From: Candidatus Saccharimonadia bacterium
GTDB lineage: Bacteria; Patescibacteriota; Saccharimonadia; UBA4664
DNA: 64,000 bases
Assembly: GCA_036488585.1 (NCBI GenBank)
Contig: DASXHH010000009.1
Location: 366 to 64,365, forward strand
Reading direction: 5' to 3'
Shown one piece after another: positions 17,776-29,189 of the stretch. A model generated the notes under the pieces. The model had not been told where the DNA came from. It did not search any database and was given only the letters and a program-made list of their open reading frames with translations. A program made the translations under genes and the position numbers. Every line of letters starts with the position of its first letter. Position 1 is the stretch's first letter.

Positions 17776-20640
17776 CTAGACGCGGGAGGGGGTTTTGGAG
17801 GTAGCAGGGGCGGACTTGGTGCCAGCCTCGAAGATGCGCTTGAGGTAGTGGCCGGTGTGGCTTTCGGCCACCCGCGCCACCTGCTCGGGCGTGCCTTGAG
17901 CGATAATCTGGCCGCCGCCGGAGCCGCCCTCTGGGCCCATGTCGATCAGCCAATCGGACGATTTGATGACGTCGAGGTTGTGCTCGATGATGAGCACCGA
18001 GTTGCCGGTGTCGACCAAGGCGTTTAGCACATGCAGTAGGCGGTTGACGTCCTCGAAGTGGAGGCCGGTGGTGGGCTCGTCGAGGATGTAGAGGGTGCGA
18101 CCGGTACTGCGGCGGGCCAGCTCGGTGGCCAGCTTGATACGCTGAGCCTCGCCACCGGAGAAGGTGGTGGCGGATTGGCCGAGGTGGATGTAGCCGAGGC
18201 CAACCTCGTTGAGCGTGGCAAATTTGCGGCGGATGGCGGGGATGTTCTCGAAGAACTTCACGGCCTCTTCCACGGTCATATCGAGCACGTCCGAGATGCT
18301 CTTGCCCTTGTATAGGATTTCCAGGGCTTCTCGGTTGTAACGCTTGCCCTTGCACTCTTCGCAGGTGACATAAACGTCGGGCAGGAAATGCATTTCGATC
18401 TTGATGATGCCGTCGCCACGGCAGAGCTCGCAGCGACCGCCTTTAACGTTGAAGCTAAAGCGGCCGGCCTTGTAGCCGCGGATTTTGGCCTCGGGGGTTT
18501 GGGCAAACAGCTCGCGGATGTCGGTGAAGACGCCGGTGTAGGTGGCGGGGTTAGAGCGCGGGGTGCGGCCGATGGGCGACTGGTCGACGGAGATGACCTT
18601 GTCGAGGTTTTTGAGGCCCTGGATTTCATCGTGACGCCCGGGTAGGTCACCGGCGCGGTGATATACCTGAGCTAGCTTTTTGGCCAGAATGTCGTTTACG
18701 AGGCTAGACTTGCCGGAGCCGGACACGCCGGTGACGGATACAAGCATGCCGAGCGGAATGCTGACGTCGACACCCTGGAGATTGTGCTCGCGGGCGTTCT
18801 TGACAATGAGTGATTTGCGGTTGCCGGTGCGTCGCTTGGCGGGAACGGGGATGGCTTTGGTGCCGCGCAGGTACTGGCCGGTGAGGCTATCTTCGACGGC
18901 GGCGACCTCGTCGGGGGTACCGGCGGCCACAACTTTGCCACCGTGCTCGCCGGCGGCAGGGCCGATATCGATGACATAGTCGGCCATGCGAATGGTGTCC
19001 TCGTCGTGCTCTACCACAATGACGGTGTTACCGAGGTCACGGAGGCGGCAGAGGGTGGCGATGAGGCGGTCGTTGTCGCGTTGGTGGAGGCCAATGCTGG
19101 GCTCGTCCAGGATGTAGAGCACGCCCATGAGGCTAGAGCCGATCTGGGTGGCCAGCCGGATGCGCTGAGCCTCGCCACCGGCCAGGGTGTTGGCGGAACG
19201 GTCGAGGGTGAGGTACTCGAGGCCGACGTCCTTGAGGAAGTCGAGACGAGCGCAAATTTCTTTGAGGATCTGGCGAGCAATTTGGGCCTCACGCGGACCG
19301 AGGTCGAGGGATTCGAACAGCTTGGTGGCCTCGCCAATGGAGAGCTGAGTCAGGTCAACGATGGACTTGCCGCCGACCGTCACGGCCAGAATTTCGGGCT
19401 TGAGGCGTTTGCCATGGCAGACCGGGCATTCGCGCTCGGCCATGTATTTCTCGATTTCTTTGCGGACAAAATCGGAGTCGGTTTCGTGGTAACGACGCTC
19501 CATGTTGGGTATCACACCCTCATAGGTGGTGCGGTAGGTGCGGCCGCCGGGACCACGCATGGAGATTTCGGTGTCACCAGCGCCGTAGAGCACCACACGC
19601 AGGTCGGCAGGTTTCATTTCGGAGACCGGGGCGTCGAGGGAGAAGCCGAAGGATTTGGCCACCCCTTCGAGCAACTTGACATACCAGTTCATGCGGCTGG
19701 TGGTCTTGGCCCACGGACGGATGGCGCCTTCGGACAGCGTAAGGCGGCGGTTGGGGATGACCAGCTCAGGGTCAACTTCGAGGCGGGATCCCAGGCCGGT
19801 GCAGTGCGGGCAGGCGCCGTGCGGCGAGTTGAAGGAGAAGTTGCGCGGGGCGATGTCGGGCAGCGATACCTCCCGGTGGACCGGACAGGCGTAATGCTCG
19901 GAATAGACCTGCTCCAACCCGGTGTCGGCTTGGAGCACCTTCACGATGCCGTCGCCGAGGTTTAAGGCCTGCTCGAGCGATTCAGTGAGGCGCTGGCGAA
20001 TTTCGAGGTCAACGGCCACGCGGTCGGCCACGGCCTCCACGGTATGCTTCTTTTGTTTGTCGAGTGCCGGAAATTCATCGATGCTGGTGATGGTTCCATC
20101 CACGCGCACGCGGGTGAAGCCGGCCTTTTTGAGTTCGGCCACCACGCCGCGGTGCTCACCTTTTTTGTCGTCGATAACGGGCGCCAGCAGCATAATACGA
20201 GTGCCTGCTGGCAATTCGAGGATTTGGTCGACGATTTGGGCGGGGGTTTGGCGAGTCACTTCGCGGCCGCAAATTGGGCAGTGCGGCACGCCCACCCGCG
20301 CGTAGAGCAGACGGAGGTAGTCGTACACCTCGGTGACGGTGCCGACGGTGGAGCGGGGATTGCGAGAGCTGGATTTTTGGTCGATAGAGATGGCGGGGCT
20401 AAGGCCGTCGATTTGGTCGACGTCGGGTTTCTCCATGAGGCCGAGGAATTGGCGGGCGTAGGCCGAGAGCGACTCCACGTAACGGCGTTGACCTTCCGCG
20501 TAGATGGTGTCGAATGCGAGCGATGATTTGCCGGAGCCGGACAGACCGGTGATTACTACAAGTTGGTCGCGCGGAATCTCGACATCAATGTTCTTGAGAT
20601 TATGTTCTCGCGCACCGCGCACTACGATCTTGTCTGTCAT
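17776..20640 (-). CDS. uvrA: Excinuclease ABC subunit A
   Basis: [11 protein letters not shown], two Walker A motifs ([16 protein letters not shown]), zinc fingers; start MTDK with GGGAGG SD. Confidence 0.98.
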   Translation of the reverse strand: MTDKIVVRGAREHNLKNIDVEIPRDQLVVITGLSGSGKSSLAFDTIYAEGQRRYVESLSAYARQFLGLMEKPDVDQIDGLSPAISIDQKSSSRNPRSTVGTVTEVYDYLRLLYARVGVPHCPICGREVTRQTPAQIVDQILELPAGTRIMLLAPVIDDKKGEHRGVVAELKKAGFTRVRVDGTITSIDEFPALDKQKKHTVEAVADRVAVDLEIRQRLTESLEQALNLGDGIVKVLQADTGLEQVYSEHYACPVHREVSLPDIAPRNFSFNSPHGACPHCTGLGSRLEVDPELVIPNRRLTLSEGAIRPWAKTTSRMNWYVKLLEGVAKSFGFSLDAPVSEMKPADLRVVLYGAGDTEISMRGPGGRTYRTTYEGVIPNMERRYHETDSDFVRKEIEKYMAERECPVCHGKRLKPEILAVTVGGKSIVDLTQLSIGEATKLFESLDLGPREAQIARQILKEICARLDFLKDVGLEYLTLDRSANTLAGGEAQRIRLATQIGSSLMGVLYILDEPSIGLHQRDNDRLIATLCRLRDLGNTVIVVEHDEDTIRMADYVIDIGPAAGEHGGKVVAAGTPDEVAAVEDSLTGQYLRGTKAIPVPAKRRTGNRKSLIVKNAREHNLQGVDVSIPLGMLVSVTGVSGSGKSSLVNDILAKKLAQVYHRAGDLPGRHDEIQGLKNLDKVISVDQSPIGRTPRSNPATYTGVFTDIRELFAQTPEAKIRGYKAGRFSFNVKGGRCELCRGDGIIKIEMHFLPDVYVTCEECKGKRYNREALEILYKGKSISDVLDMTVEEAVKFFENIPAIRRKFATLNEVGLGYIHLGQSATTFSGGEAQRIKLATELARRSTGRTLYILDEPTTGLHFEDVNRLLHVLNALVDTGNSVLIIEHNLDVIKSSDWLIDMGPEGGSGGGQIIAQGTPEQVARVAESHTGHYLKRIFEAGTKSAPATSKTPSRV

Positions 20641-20767
20641 AGGCCTCCCCACCCCGAGCCAGAGCTCGGTATTACGAGGTGGAATTGTACACAAAAATTG
20701 CACGTTTGGCAATCCTGAAAGGCGCCAAAAGACACCGCTAGCAAGGTAGCGGCAATTGGCTATTTTC

Positions 20768-20796
20768 TTGACATTTCATCTTAAAGATTGTAATAT
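20768..20796 (+). promoter_or_regulatory. sigma70-type promoter
   Basis: TTGACA-17-TAATAT upstream of 20876. Confidence 0.6.
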
Positions 20797-20875
20797 GTAT
20801 TAACTCCAGCGATGTCTTTTGTGCTCGCTCGAGCGATCCTCTGAACATCCAATTCGAGACCTCTGATAGGAGGCA

Positions 20876-21901
20876 ATGATGCACGCAGAAACGAAACAGC
20901 CTGTGCCCTTGTGGCTCAGCATCTTTGACGAAAGCAAGACCGTTCGGAACTGGTTCAAGTGCGCGATCATCTTGTATGGGGCGGCTGTGTACCTGTTCCT
21001 GATCTTCGCCATCCATACCGGCCGCCCCGAGTTCGCCGTTCTTGGTGAGCTCATGGCATCCAACCTACCCGTGAATCTCATGGGATGGCTATATGAAGAC
21101 CGTGGCGAGTGGACCATAGAGTGCTACGATGGCGTGCGGCGAAATCAGCTCCAACGCCGCCTCGACCCGAGGGTCCAGTCATGGGCCTTCCTCGCCGACC
21201 TGGTGGGGGTGGCGCCAATGCTAGCGTTCGCGGCACTTACCTATCCGCACCTGCCCCACTTCATCCTGTTCAACGGGGCGTGGTGGGCCCAGGCGCTGTG
21301 GGTGGTGCTACCGGTGGCTCCAGCGATCTTCGGCTCGTGGAGCTTCCGGAAGGGTGAGACCGACGAGTACGATCCCCTTCGGTACTTCTCGTTCACTAAG
21401 TTGCTCCACAACGGGGTCGCTTTCAGCGTGCTATTCGCCGTCATCATCCACGTGCTGCCGATGCTCTTTACGGGGCTGATCTTCAGTCTGGTGACAGGAC
21501 ACTACCTGGTGGCCCTATGGGCGAGCCTCGGCCTGCTCGGGTTGGCCATCTGGGGAGCGGCGGCGTTTGGCGACGGCAAGCGGGGCGAGACCAGTCGCTA
21601 TCCGCTGGTAGCGAAACTGCTGCACCGGCAAGTGGACAAATGGGGACGAGGGCTCCCTGAGGAGATCACCGATATCCCAACCATGGCGGGGTTCTGGAAG
21701 GAGGACCCTGCTCGTGCTTCCATCTGGACGGACGTGTTCCATACCAGAAAGCTCATGCCGCGAATCCAGCGGCTGAGAGGACGGAAGCAAGAGCAGTACG
21801 ATCCGGTCCCATCCGGTACCAATCAGGAGCTGTCTCCGACCGACTACGACGAGCGCCAGCCACAAGAGTGGACGGGCGACGGGCCCAATAAGCCGGGCTA
21901 G
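20876..21901 (+). CDS. Hypothetical multi-TM membrane protein
   Basis: 341 aa, about 5 hydrophobic segments, AGGAGG SD, own promoter and hairpin. Confidence 0.7.
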   Translation: MMHAETKQPVPLWLSIFDESKTVRNWFKCAIILYGAAVYLFLIFAIHTGRPEFAVLGELMASNLPVNLMGWLYEDRGEWTIECYDGVRRNQLQRRLDPRVQSWAFLADLVGVAPMLAFAALTYPHLPHFILFNGAWWAQALWVVLPVAPAIFGSWSFRKGETDEYDPLRYFSFTKLLHNGVAFSVLFAVIIHVLPMLFTGLIFSLVTGHYLVALWASLGLLGLAIWGAAAFGDGKRGETSRYPLVAKLLHRQVDKWGRGLPEEITDIPTMAGFWKEDPARASIWTDVFHTRKLMPRIQRLRGRKQEQYDPVPSGTNQELSPTDYDERQPQEWTGDGPNKPG

Positions 21902-21926
21902 CAGCAATCAAGTTCAGAGGGTCATG

Positions 21927-22015
21927 GCGATCTCCGGGCGTTTCGCGCAAGCGGCGCCCGGAGATCGCAACCCCAGACTTAAATCGCACCCTACTTGATG
22001 TTGGGTGTTTTTTGT
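21927..22015 (+). terminator. Long GC hairpin plus second terminator hairpin
   Basis: gcgatctccgggcg...gcaa...cgcccggagatcgc, then caccc...gggtg with T-run. Confidence 0.55.
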
Positions 22016-22369
22016 TATATAAAATGCGTGACCACAGATTGCATGATCTGGAAGCCCGGCTGGTCCTCGAACCAGATCCGGATGCAGTTTGCCGGCTGGG
22101 GCCCATTGCTCTGAGTTCAGGCAGCATACCTCAACGTGGACAGCCTCGAACGCCGCATATGTGACGTTCGACGGGTTGAGCGTCCAGCCGCCGAATCTGA
22201 ACGTATGCCCGCTATCGGTGACAACCTGCTGCGGGACACCCCGACATAGTAAAGCCCAGCCGCGAAGGCTGGGCGTTTTTTTGTTATGGGGATAATTTCG
22301 TGACGCCGGCCCGTCACCGCAGCGTAGGATAGCTGCGGTGACGGGCCGGGCGCCGTACGGGTTGGCGGC

Positions 22370-23293
22370 TCAGGCCGTCGGGTGGAGCTGGGTCTCAAAG
22401 TGCGGGCGCACCTTCTTGACGAGCGCGTCGCGAATGGCGTCGCGGTCGGCCAGCAGGGTGCCGTGGGCAGAGCCGTCGTACTCGAACGCCAGCAGCCCGG
22501 GGTAGCTCCTGCTAGCTTCCCGGACCGACCGGTCGACGAGCACGACCTTGTCCAGGCTCTTGCCGTGGTGCTTGCGGAGGTTGAGGGTCACAACGTGACT
22601 CCCCGCCTCCGGCATGCGCCTGCCAAGGCCCTGGTAGAGGGCGATGAACTGGGCGTTTTGCAGCACCCACGGCGAATTCCTGGCTGCCCAGCGCATGTGC
22701 TTGAGCAATGCCCTTAGCTCGGTGCGGTCACCCTTCCAGTTGCGCTCCACGCGGTTCATTTCGTCCTGGGCCAACTTGGTGCCGAACCGCCGCGACAAAC
22801 CAATGCCGCGATGGGGGCTTAGCCACAGCGAGGCCGAAACGGCCATACGCTGCACGAGGCTAAGGAACTTGGCGGTCGGAGGGACCTCGGCCAGCACGAA
22901 CCCGATGCCGTCGTGACCGTGAGCGGCCACGTCGCGGCGGTAGGTCTGGTTGAGCTCCATGCCGCCACACGACCAGCCGACGTAAATCCGGCTACTACTG
23001 AGTTCTCGGCAAAGCCGGTCGGCCTCAGCGATGACGGCGGCGTGGAACGCCTTCTCGTGGCCGGGCCGGATGTGGCCGGTCACGATGAGACTGTCTTCGG
23101 GGTGGAGCTCGGGGATAAACCCGAACGCGCTCCAAGGTGCAATGCCTTTGCTCGGAAGGTTTCCGGTGGCGTGCACACAGGGGTCCATGAAGTACCCCGC
23201 CGCGACGATCCAGACCTTGCCGTGCTTGCCGCCAATGGGCTCGCCCGGGTACACAGCCAGGATCGGGTGGGTGGGAACCGTAGTGTAGGCCAT
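22370..23293 (-). CDS. Divergent alpha/beta-hydrolase-fold protein
   Basis: GWSCGG nucleophile elbow, C-terminal SAHG; GAGG SD. Confidence 0.6.
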   Translation of the reverse strand: MAYTTVPTHPILAVYPGEPIGGKHGKVWIVAAGYFMDPCVHATGNLPSKGIAPWSAFGFIPELHPEDSLIVTGHIRPGHEKAFHAAVIAEADRLCRELSSSRIYVGWSCGGMELNQTYRRDVAAHGHDGIGFVLAEVPPTAKFLSLVQRMAVSASLWLSPHRGIGLSRRFGTKLAQDEMNRVERNWKGDRTELRALLKHMRWAARNSPWVLQNAQFIALYQGLGRRMPEAGSHVVTLNLRKHHGKSLDKVVLVDRSVREASRSYPGLLAFEYDGSAHGTLLADRDAIRDALVKKVRPHFETQLHPTA

Positions 23294-23369
23294 CTGGCCT
23301 CACATCCCTTCGGAATCGAGGCCTGGTGTGGCCAAATATCAAACCGTACGACTGTCTTACGACTGAACT

Positions 23370-23398
23370 ATTATACCATTTTATTCTGGTTTGGTCAA
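23370..23398 (-). promoter_or_regulatory. sigma70-type promoter
   Basis: TTGACC-17-TATAAT with extended -10 TG on the minus strand. Confidence 0.7.
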
Positions 23399-23449
23399 TT
23401 TAGCGGTTATGGTTGAAGCGGTAAGGGTAAAGCAGGTAGCATAATAGTA

Positions 23450-24286
23450 ATGATCCGACACACCGTTACCATTCAGGGCAAGCAGGTATCGTATTGGGAG
23501 CGTAACCCCCACTTGCCCGTCACCATAGTGGCCCTGCATGGATTTCGCGGCAACCATAAGGGCCTCACCGAAATGTCCCAGCATCTGCAGGGCTACCGGG
23601 TGATCGTGCCGGACCTGCCGGGGTACGGGGAGTCGGAGGCGCTGGACGTGCCCCATACGCTGACAAATTACGCCGGATGGCTGGACCAGTTTGTGGGCGC
23701 GCTGGAACTAGAAGAATGGGTGAGCTGGAGCCATTCGTACAGCGGCTCAATTGCGCTCATTCAGGCCACCGAGGGTAAGCACCCGCCGGTGGCGGCGGTG
23801 AGCGTGTCACTGGCTGACGTGCGCCGTGATTTGGCCAGCGCTGCTAGCACGATCTACTACTGGCTGGGTCAATATCTGCCCCGGCGGTGGATCACGAGCC
23901 GCACGATTGATCACGCGGCCGGACGGTGGCTGTTTATGACGGTGACGCCGCGCCGCCGCAAAGTACTCCAGAAGCGGGGTGAGCGCAATTTGCCCATCTT
24001 GAACGCGAAGGTGGTGATTGAAGAATATCTGAGCTCAATGAGCACGCCGCTCGAGCCTTATGCGCGGCGACTAGAAATTCCGATGCTAATAATTGCTGGA
24101 GCCAAGGATGCGATCGTGCCACGACGCCGGCTAGAGAGATTGGTGACCCTAATGCCCAAGGGCTCGATACTGGTTATGCCAGACCAAGGCCATCTGGCGC
24201 CCATCGAGCGGCCGGCCGCTACCGCCACACTTACGAAGCGGTATCTAAGCGAACAGGCCGCTCTGGCGCGGCATCCCCGGTACTAA
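23450..24286 (+). CDS. Alpha/beta hydrolase
   Basis: LHGF, PDLPGYGES, SHSYSG, GAKDAIVP, GHL motifs. Confidence 0.88.
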   Translation: MIRHTVTIQGKQVSYWERNPHLPVTIVALHGFRGNHKGLTEMSQHLQGYRVIVPDLPGYGESEALDVPHTLTNYAGWLDQFVGALELEEWVSWSHSYSGSIALIQATEGKHPPVAAVSVSLADVRRDLASAASTIYYWLGQYLPRRWITSRTIDHAAGRWLFMTVTPRRRKVLQKRGERNLPILNAKVVIEEYLSSMSTPLEPYARRLEIPMLIIAGAKDAIVPRRRLERLVTLMPKGSILVMPDQGHLAPIERPAATATLTKRYLSEQAALARHPRY

Positions 24287-24492
24287 ATTATTGACCGGGA
24301 GTACCCGTAGGTGCGCGAGGATGACTCCGCGGCGCGCTGGGTTGCTGCCAGGTTCGAGGATTCTCGGCGAACCCTAGCCGCCTCACCCTCTAGCTCGCGG
24401 GCGGCTCGGTCCAGGTCCGAGGATTGCCGGCGCATGTCATCGGCCTGTCGCTCCAGGTCATAGGCTGTTCTGTCCAGATCTCGTGGGTCCAT
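24283..24492 (-). CDS. Small coiled-coil hypothetical protein
   Basis: AAGGAGG SD; heptad repeats DLDRTAYDLERQA / DLDRAARELEGEA. Confidence 0.6.
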   Translation of the reverse strand: MDPRDLDRTAYDLERQADDMRRQSSDLDRAARELEGEAARVRRESSNLAATQRAAESSSRTYGYSRSII

Positions 24493-24610
24493 ATATCGCC
24501 CCTCCTTTAGTGAGGTCGGCTCATTATAGGGGAATCGCGGGGACCATCATTGGGTATTATGCCAAGATGGTAGGGTTGGTGCTGGCATTTTGCACAAGCG
24601 CTCGACCGAG

Positions 24611-26614
24611 CTAGCGACCGCGGACGGCTTTGCGAGGCTTGCGGGTAGCAGTACCGCCGAGCTCTTCGATCTGATCGCGCAAAGCTGCGGCTTTTTCGAA
24701 CTGGAGGTTTTCGGCGGCCATTTGCATCTGCTGAGTGAGCTCGGCGATGAGACGACCCCGCTCTTCTTTGGGAATGTCCTCGGGATGAATATCTTTAACG
24801 TCGGCTTTTTCGGCGGCTTCGGCGGTGCGCATACGCTCTCCCATCGCCTTCTTGATGCCTTCCGGTGTAATGCCGTGCTCTCGGTTGTAGGCCTCCTGGA
24901 TCTGCCGGCGGTGAGTGGTGGTGTCGATGGCCACACGCATGGCCGCGGTAGTGCGGTCGGCGTACATAATGACACGGCCCTCCACGTGGCGAGCGGCGCG
25001 GCCGATGGTCTGGATAAGGGCCGCTTCGCCGCGCAGGAAGCCTTCTTTGTCGGCGTCGAGGATGGCCACAAGCGACACCTCGGGCAGGTCGAGGCCCTCT
25101 CGCAAAAGGTTAATACCCACCAGCACGTCATACACGCCGGCGCGTAGGTCTTGCAAAATGTCGACACGGTCGAGGGTGTTGACCTCGGAATGCAGGTACT
25201 GGACCTTGATGCCGAGCTCCTGGAGGTACTCGGTGAGATCCTCGGACATGCGCTTGGTGAGGGTGGTAACGAGCACGCGCTGGCCCTTAGCGATGGTGGC
25301 GCGGATCTCGGCGATGAGGTCGTCGACCTGACCGCGTACCGGCCGCACGTCGATGGCCGGGTCGAGCAGGCCGGTGGGCCGGATTACTTGCTCTACCACC
25401 TGCGAGCTACGTGACAGCTCTAATTCGGCCGGTGTGGCCGACACGTAGACGGCTTGGTTGAGGTGGCGGTCGAATTCGGCGAACTTGAGCGGCCGGTTGT
25501 CGAGTGCGCTGGGCAAGCGGAAGCCGTATTCCACTAGGGTCTCCTTGCGGGCGCGATCGCCGTTGTACATGCCGCGCACCTGGGGCAAGGTGATGTGAGA
25601 TTCATCCACGAACAGCAGGAAGTCGTCGGGGAAGTAGTCGAGCAAGGTGGCGGGCTGTTCACCGGGCTCGCGTTCGGACAGGAAGCGGGAGTAGTTTTCG
25701 ATACCAGGTACCATGCCGGTCTCTTGGAGCATTTCCATATCGAACTTGGTGCGCTGCTTGAGGCGCTGGGCTTCAAGGTTTTTGCCGGCGGCTTCGAGCT
25801 GGAGTAGGCGGGCGTCGAGTTCCTCGCCGATCTTGGCGACGGCGCGCTGCAATTTTTCCTGGGGAGTGACGTAATGTTTGGCGGGAAAAACCTTAAGCTC
25901 GGAGCGGTCCTCTCCCACCTCGCCGGTGAGCGGGTCGACCGGACGGATGCGCTCAAGCTCGTCGCCAAAGAATTCCAGACGGTAGGCCTGCTCTTCGCCA
26001 ATCGGCCAGACGTCTACAACATCGCCGCGCACGCGGAATTTGCCGCGGGTGAAGTCGATGTCGTTGCGCTGATACTGGATGTCGGTAAGATGGCGGATCA
26101 TTTTGTCACGGAGGCGGGTTTGGCCTACCTTCACGTCGACGGTCATGGTGGTGTAGTCGGAAACGTTGCCGAGTCCGTAGATACAGCTCACAGAAGCCAC
26201 GATCAACACATCGCGACGCGTAAGCAGGCTCATGGTAGCGGCGTGGCGCAAGCGGTCGATTTCCTCGTTGATGGAACTGTCTTTCTCGATAAACGTGTCG
26301 GAGCGCGGAATGTAGGCCTCGGGTTGGTAGTAATCGTAATAACTCACAAAATATTGAACGGCATTGTCCGGGAAAAACTGCTTGAACTCGCCATAAAGCT
26401 GGGCGGCCAAGGTTTTGTTGTGGGACAGCACCAGAGTGGGCCGCTGAAGCTCTTGCACGATGTTGGCCATGGTGAAGGTCTTGCCGGAACCGGTCACACC
26501 CAAGAGAGTTTGCTCGCGATCGCCATGCTTAAGCCCGGCCACCAGCTGCTCGATGGCTTTGGGCTGGTCGCCGGCGGGGGCATAGTTGCTAACAAGTCTA
26601 AACTTTTGGTTCAT
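24611..26614 (-). CDS. uvrB: Excinuclease ABC subunit B
   Basis: [35 protein letters not shown] tail; start MNQK. Confidence 0.98.
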   Translation of the reverse strand: MNQKFRLVSNYAPAGDQPKAIEQLVAGLKHGDREQTLLGVTGSGKTFTMANIVQELQRPTLVLSHNKTLAAQLYGEFKQFFPDNAVQYFVSYYDYYQPEAYIPRSDTFIEKDSSINEEIDRLRHAATMSLLTRRDVLIVASVSCIYGLGNVSDYTTMTVDVKVGQTRLRDKMIRHLTDIQYQRNDIDFTRGKFRVRGDVVDVWPIGEEQAYRLEFFGDELERIRPVDPLTGEVGEDRSELKVFPAKHYVTPQEKLQRAVAKIGEELDARLLQLEAAGKNLEAQRLKQRTKFDMEMLQETGMVPGIENYSRFLSEREPGEQPATLLDYFPDDFLLFVDESHITLPQVRGMYNGDRARKETLVEYGFRLPSALDNRPLKFAEFDRHLNQAVYVSATPAELELSRSSQVVEQVIRPTGLLDPAIDVRPVRGQVDDLIAEIRATIAKGQRVLVTTLTKRMSEDLTEYLQELGIKVQYLHSEVNTLDRVDILQDLRAGVYDVLVGINLLREGLDLPEVSLVAILDADKEGFLRGEAALIQTIGRAARHVEGRVIMYADRTTAAMRVAIDTTTHRRQIQEAYNREHGITPEGIKKAMGERMRTAEAAEKADVKDIHPEDIPKEERGRLIAELTQQMQMAAENLQFEKAAALRDQIEELGGTATRKPRKAVRGR

Positions 26615-26773
26615 TCGAGTAATTATAGCAGTTATTTGACATACCTGGTGATAAGTTTTATTCCAGTGCCAGATTGGGACAACACCCAATGTGCTGGCAA
26701 CTATGGACAAGTAGCGTGACCTCGGCACTAAGCCAAGAAGCAGCAAGCTTGAAAATTCGGAAGGAGCTGCCGC

Positions 26774-27601
26774 ATGGATACCCAGCTACTTACCCGTATA
26801 GAGCGCCCGCCCCGGCTGACCGTTGGCATACCAACGCGCAACGAGGAGAACACTATCGCGGTAGTGCTGAGCGACCTAGCTGCGGCGCTACGGAGAGAGC
26901 CGTCGCAGCTAATGGTGCTCGACGACAGCGACGACGACACGCCCGCTCAGGTACAAAGCGCTGTCTTCACAGAGCGAATCGGGGGACATCAGGTGGCGCT
27001 GCTGCACCGCGAGCGTGACGAGCGCAAAGGTGGACTCGCCTCCGAGGTACTACTCGGCCTCGAGATCGCCGGCCAGCAGGACGGTATGAAGTACTTCGCG
27101 CTCATGGACGGCGACGGCCAGCACGACCCGAAGGCCATTACCGACATGCTAGTTAAGATCGAGGAGACCGGCGCCGACATCGTGATCGCCAGCCGCTACA
27201 TCGAGGGTGGCCGGGCGACGGGCCTGAGTCCGGTCCGGGAGGTAGTGTCGCGAGCAGTAACACTACTCACTCGAGCCATTTTCCCGAAGCGGCTGGCCGG
27301 CGTGACTGACGTGGCCAGCGGCATGTTCATGGTGCGGCTGAAGTCGGTCGACACCAGGCCTGTATACGCCGATGGCTTTAAGATCCTGCTATCTCTGCTA
27401 GTCACGCACGACTGGTCCAAGGCCGAGGTAGCTTACGTATTCCGCGACCGGATCGCGGGCGAGAGTAAGGCCGGAGCCGCCGAGGGACTAAAGTTCCTGC
27501 GGCTGGTGGGCGCCCTGCGGCTGCGGTCGTGGCGCGAGCGCAGCCGGCAAGCGACAGAGAGGCTCTTCAAAGAGAGCATGAGCATCAAATCCCTCTTCTG
27601 A
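26774..27601 (+). CDS. GT2 glycosyltransferase, polyprenol-phosphate mannose synthase (DPM1/Ppm1)-like
   Basis: [45 protein letters not shown]. Confidence 0.88.
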   Translation: MDTQLLTRIERPPRLTVGIPTRNEENTIAVVLSDLAAALRREPSQLMVLDDSDDDTPAQVQSAVFTERIGGHQVALLHRERDERKGGLASEVLLGLEIAGQQDGMKYFALMDGDGQHDPKAITDMLVKIEETGADIVIASRYIEGGRATGLSPVREVVSRAVTLLTRAIFPKRLAGVTDVASGMFMVRLKSVDTRPVYADGFKILLSLLVTHDWSKAEVAYVFRDRIAGESKAGAAEGLKFLRLVGALRLRSWRERSRQATERLFKESMSIKSLF

Positions 27602-27612
27602 CATCAGGAAGG

Positions 27613-29058
27613 ATGACAATGAAGAGTAAATGGTGGGTATCGCTACTGATACCGGCAGCGGCAGCGGTGCTAGTGACAAGTGCGCCGCCAGCCCAGGCCG
27701 GGATCGCCCAGCTCACTCGTTACCCCTACCTGACCGACGTGGTGCCGGCAGGTAGTACGGACAATGCAACGGTGAACTTCGCCACCGACCAAACAGTCAC
27801 TGCAGCCTACGCGACCATCGGACCGGTTGGCTCGTGCACAGGTACCAACCGCACGGGATCGAAGACCGCGATAGTCGTTAACGGCAAAGGTGAGTACCAG
27901 TGGAAGGTAAGGTTCACCGGACTAGCAGCCGCTTCAAATTACTGCTACCGGCTGCGGGCCGGAAGTCCAACGGCGCCCGGTCCTGATCTTCTGGGTACTG
28001 ACCCGTCACCGGTATTTATGGCTCCGGGCGGTAGCACCTCGTTCCAATTCGCCGTGATGGGCGACTGGGGCGATACAAACGCCGACGGATCCAACGCAGC
28101 TCAGGCCAGCCTGGACCAGCAGATCGCCTCTAGCGGCGCGCAATTTATGTTCGGCACCGGCGACACGGCCTACAACAGCGGCTCGCAATCGAACTACGGC
28201 GACCTGTTCCAGACCGGTTACCGGATTTCGGATGTGTTCCGGCAATCGTTCTTCGGGCAGGTTGGCGACCATATTCCGATATACAACGCGCTCGGCAACC
28301 ACGGAATGAGCTCCACCTTCCTGAATGTGTGGCCAGAGCCCTCGGCGCCATCGCTCTCTGGCGGGCGCTACCAGATGGACGCGTTCCCAAGTATCAACGG
28401 CTCGACAGCCGCGAGCTACCCGAGCGCATGGTACGCGTTCAGCGTGGGGTCAGCACGATTTTATGTACTGACAGCAGCCTGGGCCAACAGCAATGTTGGT
28501 ACAGGCAACATCTACAGCGACGACTACACGGCCCACTGGACCACCAACGCCGCTGAGTACCAGTGGCTAGCCGCAGATCTGGCAGCGCATCCTGGCGGAC
28601 TTAAGTTCGTATTCATGCACCTGCCGATGTACTCCGATTCCAGTACCGAGCACGCCGATACGTACTTGCACTCGGGCTCCACCGCCATGACGGACGCAAC
28701 GGGTGGCGTGGCCGCGCTGCTGTCCCAATACGGTGTGGATATCGTGTTCAACGGCCACGCTCATATATACGAGCGCAACTCCCGGTATCAGAGCGAGAGT
28801 TTCGTGTCGTACGTGACGGGCGGAGGTGGAAGCGTCCTCGAGCCGGTGGGAACCGGCGGGTGCGGCACCTACGATGCGTACGCCATCGGATGGTCGCCGA
28901 CTGCGCTCAAGGGCTACAAGTGCGGGGCAGCCATCGCGCCGAGTTCCGCCAGCCAGGTGTACCACTTCCTGCTCGTGAGCGTAAAAGGGCTAACCGTTTC
29001 GGTCACGCCGACGGCCTCTACGGGTCAGACCTTTGACGTCCAGACCTACTCCTTCTAG
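27613..29058 (+). CDS. Secreted purple-acid-phosphatase-like metallophosphoesterase with FN3-like N-domain
   Basis: Signal peptide; GDWG, GDTAY, GNH, H, GHAHIYER motifs. Confidence 0.85.
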   Translation: MTMKSKWWVSLLIPAAAAVLVTSAPPAQAGIAQLTRYPYLTDVVPAGSTDNATVNFATDQTVTAAYATIGPVGSCTGTNRTGSKTAIVVNGKGEYQWKVRFTGLAAASNYCYRLRAGSPTAPGPDLLGTDPSPVFMAPGGSTSFQFAVMGDWGDTNADGSNAAQASLDQQIASSGAQFMFGTGDTAYNSGSQSNYGDLFQTGYRISDVFRQSFFGQVGDHIPIYNALGNHGMSSTFLNVWPEPSAPSLSGGRYQMDAFPSINGSTAASYPSAWYAFSVGSARFYVLTAAWANSNVGTGNIYSDDYTAHWTTNAAEYQWLAADLAAHPGGLKFVFMHLPMYSDSSTEHADTYLHSGSTAMTDATGGVAALLSQYGVDIVFNGHAHIYERNSRYQSESFVSYVTGGGGSVLEPVGTGGCGTYDAYAIGWSPTALKGYKCGAAIAPSSASQVYHFLLVSVKGLTVSVTPTASTGQTFDVQTYSF

Positions 29059-29189
29059 GTGAAGGGGCAATGATTGGCGAAGCGGCGGCATAGAAACTGC
29101 CGCTTCGCCAACACTTTTTTGTAATTATTTCCAAATATACACCCCGCGGGCGTTGGTACGATGACGCCACCGTTTTCGGCAATAGCTCA

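Noticed and set aside
18943-19965. 340-aa ORF antisense to uvrA, and similar ORFs opposite uvrB, the GT2 and gap
   Set aside because: Typical in-register antisense shadows of GC3-biased genes, with no motifs.
15239-26614. Clustering of uvrC, uvrA and uvrB
   Set aside because: Ordinary nucleotide excision repair genes; no inteins or introns evident and no convincing SOS box seen.
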